Shown here piece after piece: positions 46,709 to 55,620 of a stretch of 64,000 nt of DNA. The notes beneath the pieces were generated by a model. It was not told the origin of the DNA. It made no database searches and was given only the letters and a program-made list of their open reading frames with translations. The DNA is taken from the NCBI GenBank assembly GCA_938084675.1, contig CALKGM010000004.1, positions 3,339 through 67,338 of the forward strand, given 5' to 3'. This stretch comes from Candidatus Poseidoniaceae archaeon (lineage in GTDB: Archaea; Thermoplasmatota; Poseidoniia; Poseidoniales; Poseidoniaceae). Made by a program: the position numbers and the translations under genes. Position 1 is the first letter of the stretch. Each line of letters starts with the position of its first letter.

Positions 46709-47181
46709 AACACGTACGGTTGTCACGAAATACCGATGCTGCTGCCACTGAACTAGGGTATGTGTTTACCTTTCTTCTCGGAGTACTTTTGATGACCATC
46801 TTCAGCGTTTGGGCTTGGGACATTGAAACAAATACAAGGCTACGGTGGAACGAAGAAGCAGTTGAAGCCAACTTGAACGACCTTGCTGCAGCGGTTGAGA
46901 GAGCAGATGAAGCAAGCCGTATTGGAAATGTGAGTTATGCTGAGTCTGTTTCATGGCGGCCATCTGAAGCTGACGAATCTATGTTTTGGCTTCGATTGAG
47001 CGATACATCAGTGAAATTAATTGACAAAGGAGGCCCTCTCGACATGACCGTGGCTTTGTCAGGAACTGGTAGCGGAGAACACAGTGGTGAAATCCCACTT
47101 GCTGGTGCTCAACAAATATGGGTCGTCTATGAAAACGGAACGACCACGATTATGCTGGATAGACCCCAAGCAGTTCAATGA
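46705..47181 (+). CDS. archaeal type-IV-pilin-like protein, small (158 aa)
   Basis: The MKHVRLSRNTDAAATELGYVFTFLLGVLLMTIFSVWAW N-terminus resembles the ..(A/V)(S/T)..LGYVLT.. class of haloarchaeal pilin-like proteins. GGGAGG lies 7 nt upstream of the ATG, and ATGA overlaps the upstream gene. Confidence 0.55.
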   Translation: MKHVRLSRNTDAAATELGYVFTFLLGVLLMTIFSVWAWDIETNTRLRWNEEAVEANLNDLAAAVERADEASRIGNVSYAESVSWRPSEADESMFWLRLSDTSVKLIDKGGPLDMTVALSGTGSGEHSGEIPLAGAQQIWVVYENGTTTIMLDRPQAVQ

Positions 47182-49716
47182 TCAGCGACCCATAACTGCA
47201 CGATGAACCATCGTTTGAACTTCCTTCATGCGAGAGCGTGCACCCAATTCACGGAATACCGAAAGGGCTCGCTGAAGGTACTCCATCCGTCCTTGTCGGT
47301 CTGGAGCAACGCCACCGAGACGAGTGAGGAGTTCGCCAATTTGCATGCGCAAATCATTGGCTTCAGCGATTACGAGAGCCTCACGATAATGTTCCATAGC
47401 ATCTTCAGTTCGCCCTGCATCATGGAGTACTTCGCCAAGAAGAATCGTAATTTCAACCAGTGACTGAAGGTCTCCAGCTTCATTCATCGCCTCTAATGCA
47501 GCAGTGTAATGGAACATTGCGAGTTCTGATTGTTCAACTCTGGAATAGTACCTGCCCAAAACTGCCTGAGCACGTGCATGAAGAGCAGCGTCGCCCATGG
47601 CTTCTGTTGCCTCATGGGCATCCATGGCGTGTTCTCGTGCTCTTTCGACCTCACCGAGGTCAATAAGAGCCCGTGCAAGAGTAATTTGACTGCTCAACAA
47701 TTCATTGCCTTTGGACTGACTCAAAATGGTTTCAACTTCCCCGTATGCTTCCAATGCCTTGTTGCGATCATTTTTCCTTCGAAGAAGGTAACCGATATTG
47801 TTGTACGTTCGGGCTGCCCACACTGCGTTGCTTTGGCCAATGTAGTGTTTGAGGGCTTCTTTATGCCGCGAGAGTGCAACATCACTGTTACCTTGTTTAC
47901 GACTTACATCCGCAAGTGATGAAAGAATTTCTGCCTCAATGGAAGGATTGTTAGCGGCCTTTGCTCCTTCAAGCGCTTTGTTGAGAACTTCTTCCGCAGT
48001 AGCCAACCGTCCCAATAGGGCCAAGATATCCCCCTGCAATTGCCCGAGTAGCACCACGGTTTTAGATTCCAAATCAGAGGTGTCAATTCGTTCCAAAAGG
48101 CCGAGTAATTCCATGTGTCCTTGAGAGACCAGGTGCCGCCCCTTGTCCATGATAATTCCCGAAGCAGTTTCAAATTGGTTGGATTGAATCGCATGATAAA
48201 TGAGTTCAATGGCTACTTCATTGGATTGGGATTGTTTCTCATACCACTCCATGCATTTAGCATGGAATTCTTCTTTCAATGCTGGAGATAGGCTGCGCAA
48301 TAAGAATTCACGAATTAAATCGTGAACGTCATAGGTTGTTGAATCTGCTTGGCGGGCCAAACCGGACTCAACCAAATTATCAAGTTCATCCGTATCCAAT
48401 TGCTGGAGTGCAAGCGCCTCAAGAACCATCGGTTCCCGATAGATCGAAAGGGCTGAAAGGACACGCTTCTGTTCCGCACTTAGTTTAGAGAAAATCTCTA
48501 CGGTCACGTAATGCTCCAAGGTTTCGTGGAATGCCCCTGCCGAAGCGCCACGATTGATGAGTTCGAGTACCAAGGGGTGGCCTCGTGAGAGCCCATGGAT
48601 GTGGAGCCATTGTTCATCCTCAAGGTTCGAGAAACTGCTGAGGAGTTTCCTACCAGAATCCGGGTCAAGCCCGTCAAGTGGAAGGACCAAACTAGCAATA
48701 CGTCCCTCTGCATCCTTCGTTGGTACAACCGGTTTAAACGAACGAGAAAATATGACAAGGCCAATTTTCTCTTCGCTGCCGAGTAAGGCCAGCGACATGG
48801 CTTGAAAGGTCTGATGAAGAACAAGGTCTGAAACTTTGTGGAAATCATCAATGACAATGAGCGAAGGTGAACCTTCGAGGGCCTCAATGAGTAAACGGGC
48901 GGCGTCTGCTGGTTGTGGAATGGGGGTGGCTGCAAGGTAACTGGCAAATTCTGAATTCCCCATACTGGACAACCAGTCAGCAATGGACTCAAAAAACGAA
49001 CGAGAACCTTCCCCATCCTGGCACCTGTGATAGAGAAGATTACGACGATGCATAAATCTCTCAATCAATTTGGAAGCGACGGTTGTCTTTCCAATACCTG
49101 CGATTCCTGGAACAAGGAGCGTTGTAGCTCGTGCTTCAATCAAGTTCCCCATGTTATCCAGTTCTGTTGTTCTCCCGTAGAAGTGGCGGAGCCGGGGTAA
49201 ATCAGCAAGAGAAGTTACCAACTGCTTTTCTACATGTTTTGAAAGGTCCCGTTCAATCAAATCTTGGGACAATGAACGAGCATCAAGATAACCGTTCTCA
49301 TCCATGTACCGAATTACGTCAACAGGACGCATCTCAAAGGGTAAGACCGATTTTACGCCACCAAGCGTTGTATCAACGGGTTGTCCTTCGTCAAGGATAC
49401 AACGCAATGGAAATTCGGACAGTCGTGACCATGTTTCAGAAGCCATAACAATACCGCTATCGGTAAGGAAATACGCTTTCCTCTTCCGAGAAACACCCTT
49501 TACGTGTGCCTGACGCTCAACTAAGATTCCTTGGTCTTTCAAACCCGAGATTGCTCGGGGTACATTTGACCTAGCAATCGCGACGGCGTTAGCGATTCCC
49601 ATTTGCGATAGTGCAAATGGGACTTCAATGCTGCTTTTGAAATCAGAATAGTCAAGAAGGTGCAGGAGAATTCTCTCTTGCACGCCTGGCTTTGGTTGCG
49701 ATGCCATTGAATCCAT
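47182..49716 (-). CDS. STAND ATPase: N-terminal winged-HTH, NB-ARC-like P-loop NTPase, C-terminal TPR array
   Basis: wHTH: SQMGIANAVAIARSNVPRAISGLKDQGILVERQAHVKGVSRKRKAYFLTDSG. Walker A LLVPGIAGIGKTTV (49081..49107). Walker B SLIVIDDFH. NB-ARC GxP-type motif LSRGHPLVLELI. About 350 aa of TPR-like repeats (..ALKHYIGQSNAVWAARTYNNIGYLL.., ..AMEHYREALVIAE..). The start lies 13 nt after the stop of the upstream giant gene. Confidence 0.8.
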   Translation of the reverse strand: MDSMASQPKPGVQERILLHLLDYSDFKSSIEVPFALSQMGIANAVAIARSNVPRAISGLKDQGILVERQAHVKGVSRKRKAYFLTDSGIVMASETWSRLSEFPLRCILDEGQPVDTTLGGVKSVLPFEMRPVDVIRYMDENGYLDARSLSQDLIERDLSKHVEKQLVTSLADLPRLRHFYGRTTELDNMGNLIEARATTLLVPGIAGIGKTTVASKLIERFMHRRNLLYHRCQDGEGSRSFFESIADWLSSMGNSEFASYLAATPIPQPADAARLLIEALEGSPSLIVIDDFHKVSDLVLHQTFQAMSLALLGSEEKIGLVIFSRSFKPVVPTKDAEGRIASLVLPLDGLDPDSGRKLLSSFSNLEDEQWLHIHGLSRGHPLVLELINRGASAGAFHETLEHYVTVEIFSKLSAEQKRVLSALSIYREPMVLEALALQQLDTDELDNLVESGLARQADSTTYDVHDLIREFLLRSLSPALKEEFHAKCMEWYEKQSQSNEVAIELIYHAIQSNQFETASGIIMDKGRHLVSQGHMELLGLLERIDTSDLESKTVVLLGQLQGDILALLGRLATAEEVLNKALEGAKAANNPSIEAEILSSLADVSRKQGNSDVALSRHKEALKHYIGQSNAVWAARTYNNIGYLLRRKNDRNKALEAYGEVETILSQSKGNELLSSQITLARALIDLGEVERAREHAMDAHEATEAMGDAALHARAQAVLGRYYSRVEQSELAMFHYTAALEAMNEAGDLQSLVEITILLGEVLHDAGRTEDAMEHYREALVIAEANDLRMQIGELLTRLGGVAPDRQGRMEYLQRALSVFRELGARSRMKEVQTMVHRAVMGR

Positions 49717-49729
49717 CTCGTTTCAATGA

Positions 49730-52700
49730 TTACTGTTCAGGGGAGTAATTCGGGTCAGGAGCCCACTGGTTCGTTGCTTGATCCCAAATCCATCCAGGAT
49801 GTTGCGAGGTCTCTGCAGGTGCAGCAGCCGCTTCCGGCACCGCTACTGATTGAGGCGATTCCTGTGGAGGAAGTTCAACCGCCTGCTTTGCCTTTGCCCA
49901 TGCATACGGGTCTTCTGCAGCAGCAAGGTTTTCATCATCTTCTTCTGACACATCTGGGATTTCTTCGAATTCAACAAAGAAGAACGCTCCAACTCCGAGA
50001 AGAACGATGATCGCTCCGACAATCAGAATGATGGTTAAGAGCGATGAATCATCATCGTTACCACTTGAGACAACAATGCTGAATTCTCCGTTTTCAGTCT
50101 GTCCAGCAAATTTGAAAACTTGCCCGTCCATCTCGAAAATTACTTCCTCATTCCCTTCCATGCTGAGTTGGCTGTTTGTCAAATCCATTGTCCATGTTCC
50201 ATCAGAAAGAACTCGTGTAGAGTTGAGTTTCGCATTTCCATTTGCAAACCGGATGTTTACGGTGCTTCCTGGCAGCCCTTCACCTTGGAAGGTAGCGGGG
50301 TCATCTGGGGTAATTGGCCCGCTATCAACACGTTCAACACTGAATGCAACCGCTCGCACGAGGAAATTAACCTTGAGTGAGTAAACCTTGGATTCCTGGT
50401 CATCTTCTGCATAAAACATCACACCGTTGAGTGACCATTCAGGAATCTCACTGGTCGTCTGTGCAATAGAATCCATTGGGTCATAAATTGCTTTTCCATC
50501 TGCTGTGATTCGGACATATGCTGAGTAGTCGTCATCCTCAAGGGTGCTCGCATCGTCATAGATAAAGAAATCAAGCGAGTCAGTTACACCACCAACGCCA
50601 TCAGGGTCACTGAAGAATTGAGTGAGGTCAATTGACGCCCCACCACCACAGCGGTCAAAGGAGTTTGACTTTGAATCACAGAAGATTGTCAGGCTTCCAA
50701 TCCAGCCGGTTTCATTGAAGACAGGGTCAATATTGTCGGCATCAATTGGATTGTTGATGGTCATTCTCCATACGCTGTCTTGAGAGTAATCCTCCCCGTC
50801 ATATGCACGAACAGTAACTTCGTAGACACCGTCATGGTCAAGTTTGGAAGTATCCCAAATAGTGACCCAGGAACCATCAGCGTTGAATGATGTAACTGGC
50901 AGAGGACCGTTGTTGAGCGTGATACCCGTTCCGAGGTCAACGATATCAATTTCAACCCGTGTGACCTGACCTCCGATGTCACGAGCGACTCCAACGATTG
51001 TTGTTGCATCGGATGCACGAACGGTTCCACCGTCAACTCCACCAGTCAGTTGGTCCGCAGAACCAATCCAAGTCAGTTGCAGTTGAGGAGGTGTGTTTTC
51101 GTTAATGATCGTCAAAACACGAGTCTCAACAAGACAGACCCCTCCGTCTGCAGGGGTTACAGCGATATCGATACAAAAGTCGCTGTCTGATGCCCACACT
51201 TCAAACGTGTACTCGCCAGAAGGAAGTTCGCTGAAGTCCCACTCATGGGACCAGCTGGTTGATCCTTCTTCGTAGTAATGTGAAATGTAGTCGTTTTCAG
51301 GACTGGTGATGTGGAACCAAATCTTCTGAACGTCACTTCCGTAGGTTCCTGAGTAAGGATCTGCTGCTGTTCCTTGGAACAACACCTTACCGTTCGTGTG
51401 AGTACTTCCGCTATTAGGGACGTCTACGACGATGGTTGGAGGGACGAGATTCAATTTGTACTGACGAACAGATACAGGTGAATAATCAAGTCCGTCAAAA
51501 GAACGAACACGGAAGGTTACATCCCCCTCTCCGCCTGGGTGAGCAGACATGTCCCATACGAACGACCAATCCTTGAACGGGTGATTTTCCATGGTGATCA
51601 CACCATTTGCACCAGAGGTGTCAACTGCTGAGTACCAATCATTGGTGCCCGGTGGTTGAACTTCAACAGCCGTAATCATTCCAAACTGCTTTTGATTTGC
51701 CGTGTTATCGTTTGCATAGGGCCACTTCACTCCGTCCCATGCTTGTCCAGTCAGGTCGACTGATTTTGCAAATGAGACACCATCTTGCTGGGTTACGCTA
51801 ACACCTGGACGAAGGTTGTCAAGGTTGATGACATCATCAATCGGTCCAGAGAGAACATATGAGAAATCCTTGGTACCGCTTCCAAATTTGAAGGCTTCAA
51901 CGGTGTAAAACGGCATTTCTCGACCGTTAATACAATCTGCATCATCGCCGTCAATGAGTGTGTCTCCATCGTTATCAATTCCATCCGCACATGAGTCTTC
52001 GTCAATTGTGACGGGCGGGTTACCTGATCCTGGAATCACTGCGTTTTTGTCACCAACTTTGTGATTCCAGTTGCGGTCCAACAAGAAATCAGACGGGAGG
52101 GATACTTGTTGCGTGAATCCAAATGCGTCGGTGGTCAATTCGTACAAAGGCAGGCCGGTTGCATCTTTGATGATGACCGTTGCATCAGCAACGTTGCTGT
52201 TCTTGGCCTTTACTTGGTAGCGGACCAATTCACCCTCTCGAACTTGAGAGCCCCATGCTGAGTTTTGATTTTGGACGTGAATCATAGAAGAATCAAAGTT
52301 CTGTAGGTCAGCAAAGGAGAATACAGTTGCATTTTCAATCAACTCAATTGCAAGAGGCATTTGTGCCGGAGGCATTGTTGATGCATCAGGTAAAGACAAG
52401 CATTCAGATTGAACATAAGGGCATTCTGCGCTCATCCAACTGATGGAGATTGGATAGAGTTCTCCATTACCTGGGGACGGAATTTGTTCACTTTGAACGG
52501 TTAATCTGGATTCAGTAACGTTGTAAACTTGAGATACCCCCGTCCATGTGTTATCAGAAAAGTAAGCAACTGAGCCGTACTTCATGTTCATAGCGGGATC
52601 GTCATGAACCGAGATGTTACCAGCATAACCGAATGCAGAATCTCCAGTGTTCCCTTGAACGTTCACTAGACCACCAGTTGCTCGGATGATATCACCAGAA

Positions 52701-54136
52701 TTTCCTGTGATCGTATTATCGATGATAGTTGCTGAAGCCATGAACACGTGGATTGCAGGACAAGCAAACTCTCCTCCGTAAATCACGGATTCACATGTTC
52801 CGGAGTTGTTTTGGATAATGTTGTTAGCGAAATAAAGACGCTTTGGCCCGTAATCCTTGCTCTGACCGTAGTCTTCGTGATGGTACTCACCAATGTTTAC
52901 GGCTTCCTTCGTCGTTTCTTTGATGGTGTTGTTTTCTGCAATAACATCGGAATTCATTCCGTAAATCCACAATCCATTGTAACCGCCAATCGGCCCGATT
53001 GTGTTGCCGTGCAATTCAATGGTAGAGCCACTGACACCAACTCCAGAGGCTTCGCTTGCACCCGAGATGGTATTTCCTTCAGCGTAAACATTAGCGCCTT
53101 CATATGCAGTAAGTCCAGCACCTTCAGTAGTGGTTAGAATGTTGTTGTTAACTTTGAGTTGATGATTGATCGCACCTGTTGTTTTCAACGAATTTGTGTC
53201 AACTGCGTTGCACTTTGTAGTGATTTCAGAATTGGTCAATGAGCCTGAACTGCGTTCCATAAGGACGCCGTAGGATGAATCTTTGATTTCGAGGTCGTCC
53301 ATGTCAACATAGCTGTCTTCGATAACAAGGACTGACAAACCGCCACCTTGCTGACCACAATCTGCATCATCGCCGGTGAACACTGAACTTTCCAGTGTGA
53401 AGGTTGACAGAATTCCTGCGCCTGCACCGTAGGCTCGAACGGCGGACGCCTTGAACGTCTGTTCGTCAATACCGTTCGTGAATTCGGATTCAGAAATCAT
53501 TGGAGCAGCGAAATCAACCGCCAGTACATTGGAGGTGTTGGTGTCTTTGAATGAAAGGCCACGAGCGTTTGTGCTGGAGCCATCAAAAACCAGAACACCA
53601 TATTTCACGGATTGGCTTTGGGATCCCGCACCGACGAAGGTTGGGTATCCATATCCGTTCTCAAAGTGAGCATAGTTGATTGAAGTCAATGATTGGTCAA
53701 TGGTGTCACGGATGATCATTCCTGAACCACATGCTGGATCAGGGTTGTTGAGAAGTTGAGATTGGTTGCTCAAGCAGCGACCGGTTTGAGTGTAATCTGT
53801 TGGTTTTGTCCAAATAAAACGGGCCTGACTGGAGGAGGATCCCGCACTTGCACCACATGCCGAATCGCCGATGCAAATTGCTCCCCTGACATCAATGAAG
53901 TTACCGTATGGGATATTGACCGTGGTGCCGGCATTGACAATGAGCTTTGCACCCTCTGCGACTTCAACATCGCCTTGTAAGGTCATGGTACCGGACCATG
54001 TCTCAACACCGGTTACGGTCCCTTTGGTTGTTTCATTGACAGCGGATGCTGCTGGCAGGGCTACAAGACCAAGTAGAGAAGCCAGCAAGAACAGTGTTAC
54101 GATTGAGAAACTTTTTGCTTTCAATTTTTGCGACAT
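49730..54136 (-). CDS. giant (~1468 aa) type-I membrane surface protein with right-handed parallel beta-helix region, Ig-like domains and cytoplasmic tail
   Basis: Signal peptide MSQKLKAKSFSIVTLFLLASLLGLVALPAASA. PbH1-like repeats (NNILTTTEGAG, AEGNTISGASE, ENNTIKET, ANNIIQNNSG, IIDNTITGNSGDIIRATGG). Cys-flanked acidic motif CADGIDNDGDTLIDGDDADC. TM LLTIILIVGAIIVLLGVGAFFFV. 80-aa tail ending HPGWIWDQATNQWAPDPNYSPEQ. ATG 54136 (AGGTG about 10 nt upstream) is preferred over the ORF-track 54160. Confidence 0.8.
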   Translation of the reverse strand: MSQKLKAKSFSIVTLFLLASLLGLVALPAASAVNETTKGTVTGVETWSGTMTLQGDVEVAEGAKLIVNAGTTVNIPYGNFIDVRGAICIGDSACGASAGSSSSQARFIWTKPTDYTQTGRCLSNQSQLLNNPDPACGSGMIIRDTIDQSLTSINYAHFENGYGYPTFVGAGSQSQSVKYGVLVFDGSSTNARGLSFKDTNTSNVLAVDFAAPMISESEFTNGIDEQTFKASAVRAYGAGAGILSTFTLESSVFTGDDADCGQQGGGLSVLVIEDSYVDMDDLEIKDSSYGVLMERSSGSLTNSEITTKCNAVDTNSLKTTGAINHQLKVNNNILTTTEGAGLTAYEGANVYAEGNTISGASEASGVGVSGSTIELHGNTIGPIGGYNGLWIYGMNSDVIAENNTIKETTKEAVNIGEYHHEDYGQSKDYGPKRLYFANNIIQNNSGTCESVIYGGEFACPAIHVFMASATIIDNTITGNSGDIIRATGGLVNVQGNTGDSAFGYAGNISVHDDPAMNMKYGSVAYFSDNTWTGVSQVYNVTESRLTVQSEQIPSPGNGELYPISISWMSAECPYVQSECLSLPDASTMPPAQMPLAIELIENATVFSFADLQNFDSSMIHVQNQNSAWGSQVREGELVRYQVKAKNSNVADATVIIKDATGLPLYELTTDAFGFTQQVSLPSDFLLDRNWNHKVGDKNAVIPGSGNPPVTIDEDSCADGIDNDGDTLIDGDDADCINGREMPFYTVEAFKFGSGTKDFSYVLSGPIDDVINLDNLRPGVSVTQQDGVSFAKSVDLTGQAWDGVKWPYANDNTANQKQFGMITAVEVQPPGTNDWYSAVDTSGANGVITMENHPFKDWSFVWDMSAHPGGEGDVTFRVRSFDGLDYSPVSVRQYKLNLVPPTIVVDVPNSGSTHTNGKVLFQGTAADPYSGTYGSDVQKIWFHITSPENDYISHYYEEGSTSWSHEWDFSELPSGEYTFEVWASDSDFCIDIAVTPADGGVCLVETRVLTIINENTPPQLQLTWIGSADQLTGGVDGGTVRASDATTIVGVARDIGGQVTRVEIDIVDLGTGITLNNGPLPVTSFNADGSWVTIWDTSKLDHDGVYEVTVRAYDGEDYSQDSVWRMTINNPIDADNIDPVFNETGWIGSLTIFCDSKSNSFDRCGGGASIDLTQFFSDPDGVGGVTDSLDFFIYDDASTLEDDDYSAYVRITADGKAIYDPMDSIAQTTSEIPEWSLNGVMFYAEDDQESKVYSLKVNFLVRAVAFSVERVDSGPITPDDPATFQGEGLPGSTVNIRFANGNAKLNSTRVLSDGTWTMDLTNSQLSMEGNEEVIFEMDGQVFKFAGQTENGEFSIVVSSGNDDDSSLLTIILIVGAIIVLLGVGAFFFVEFEEIPDVSEEDDENLAAAEDPYAWAKAKQAVELPPQESPQSVAVPEAAAAPAETSQHPGWIWDQATNQWAPDPNYSPEQ

Positions 54137-54170
54137 GGCGGATGCACCTATTCTCCCCATGAACGGGCCG

Positions 54171-54180
54171 AATATAATAC
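54171..54180 (-). promoter_or_regulatory. candidate TATA box (GTATTATATT) for the beta-helix giant gene
   Basis: Lies 35 to 44 nt upstream of ATG 54136, with AGGTG between them. A second A/T box, TTTAAGTAAAAA, lies at ~54213..54224. Confidence 0.25.
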
Positions 54181-54263
54181 TGCTCCATGATTGTCACCCT
54201 AGAAATATCATTTTTACTTAAATGTATCAACCTTATTCCCCGAAAGAGGTAATGATTGTCCAG

Positions 54264-54332
54264 AAAAAGGACATAAAACGACGGAATTCAGCACCTCTGC
54301 AACGGAAATAACCCGTATTGAATTCGCAAAAA
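54264..54332 (-). terminator. three oligo-T tracts downstream of the 404-aa S8 protease gene
   Basis: The minus strand reads TAG-TGTGGGATTTTTGCG...CGTCGTTTTATGTCCTTTTTCTGG (T5 at 54328..54332, T4 at 54275..54278, T5 at 54264..54268), in one of only two intergenic gaps near 180 nt (the other is 42348..42536). Confidence 0.3.
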
Positions 54333-54339
54333 TCCCACA

Positions 54340-55554
54340 CTAGCAGGTGACGGAGGGGTCTATCTCCTCAATCCATGCCTCGGCATCAATCAGGCCGTAG
54401 CCAGCATAGGGGTGATGATCATCGCCCTGCCCAATGGATTGAGCCGAATCCATGAGTGCCTCTTTTACGAGGTCGACACAAGAACCATCGCTTTGACCGT
54501 TGGGCCGAAGTTGTGGATGTGCTTCCAACAAAAGAGCAAGGGCACCGGCAACAAATACTGTTGAATCCGAAGTCCCACTGCTTGTGTACCAGAGATTATC
54601 CTCGCCAGTACTTATTATTCGGTGCCCAGGAGCAACGATTTCTGGTTTCATGTGAGGGTGTTCTCGACTGGGACCTTCTCCATTACCACTGCCGATAGAC
54701 GAATTCGCCCACACATCACCCTCGCGTGTCGTGGCACCTACAGAGATGGCTCTCGGGACATTTCCTGGTGCCGCCACATCTCCATCGTCATCAGGACCTC
54801 CGTCATTACCTGCCGCAGCGACAACAAAAATTCCGCTATCTGTGGCTTGACGTGTTGCTGAGGCTGAATCCCCTTCACGCACACCTTCTAAGCTTGGAGT
54901 ACCTCCGAGTGATAGTGAAATGATGTCGGCTTCAAATTGAAACTGACACCAGCGAATGGCATCCCCGACATCGGACTCCAGTCCACTATTTTGACCAGAA
55001 CCGTCATCCTGAAGTGCTGCAACCATGGCAAATGTCACATTTTGTGCGATGCCAATTTGATGGCTACCAGAGATTAAAATCCCGGCCATTAATGTTCCAT
55101 GAGCGACTGCTCCGTATTCACGAGGTGCTGTGGAATCCCCAATAAGGTCGTGGAATAGAATATCTTTCCCAGCAAAGGCCTCATGCTGACTATCAATACC
55201 TGTATCGACCATACAAAGTCGAATCCCCTGACCGCTCAGCCCATCCTCATTGAGTACTCTAACACCTGTCGTTTCAAATGCCCATTCAGAATCTGGCAGT
55301 GGTAATTCAACGATAAGAAGGTCATTCTGCCAAAGCAACATGCTAATTGAAACAAAAACTGCGAAACCGAGAATGTTTGTCGCTGTTAGCCTCCTCCTTC
55401 TCGTTCTAACGACAGGTGCTGCTACCATCGGAGCCCAACCCATGACTTCGGAACGCCAACCATCTTGATGGCCGACGACTGCCGGATCTATCGCAGACAC
55501 AATACTCCGGTCATGGGGCTCAGGAAGGTATTCAACATGGTCAAGACCTTCCAT
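54340..55554 (-). CDS. membrane-anchored subtilisin-like (S8) serine protease, 404 aa
   Basis: MVDTGIDSQHEAF (Asp), VAHGTLMAGILISG (His), SSGTSDSTVFVAGALALL (Ser). N-terminal VVRTRRRRLTATNILGFAVFVSISMLL looks like a twin-arginine-type signal/anchor, so the true start may be an internal Met (55443 or 55428). Confidence 0.85.
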   Translation of the reverse strand: MEGLDHVEYLPEPHDRSIVSAIDPAVVGHQDGWRSEVMGWAPMVAAPVVRTRRRRLTATNILGFAVFVSISMLLWQNDLLIVELPLPDSEWAFETTGVRVLNEDGLSGQGIRLCMVDTGIDSQHEAFAGKDILFHDLIGDSTAPREYGAVAHGTLMAGILISGSHQIGIAQNVTFAMVAALQDDGSGQNSGLESDVGDAIRWCQFQFEADIISLSLGGTPSLEGVREGDSASATRQATDSGIFVVAAAGNDGGPDDDGDVAAPGNVPRAISVGATTREGDVWANSSIGSGNGEGPSREHPHMKPEIVAPGHRIISTGEDNLWYTSSGTSDSTVFVAGALALLLEAHPQLRPNGQSDGSCVDLVKEALMDSAQSIGQGDDHHPYAGYGLIDAEAWIEEIDPSVTC

Positions 55555-55620
55555 AGTGGTGACTATCTCATCGTTTGCTTCAAGAACCCTTGTTTGACAA
55601 AGGTCGTAATTGCTCTATAA

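Noticed and set aside
47182-49716. Calling the 844-aa P-loop protein Orc1/Cdc6 or a generic AAA+ ATPase
   Set aside because: It has an N-terminal rather than C-terminal winged helix, a GHPL (GxP) motif and a long TPR array. These fit STAND/NB-ARC architecture, not Orc1/Cdc6.
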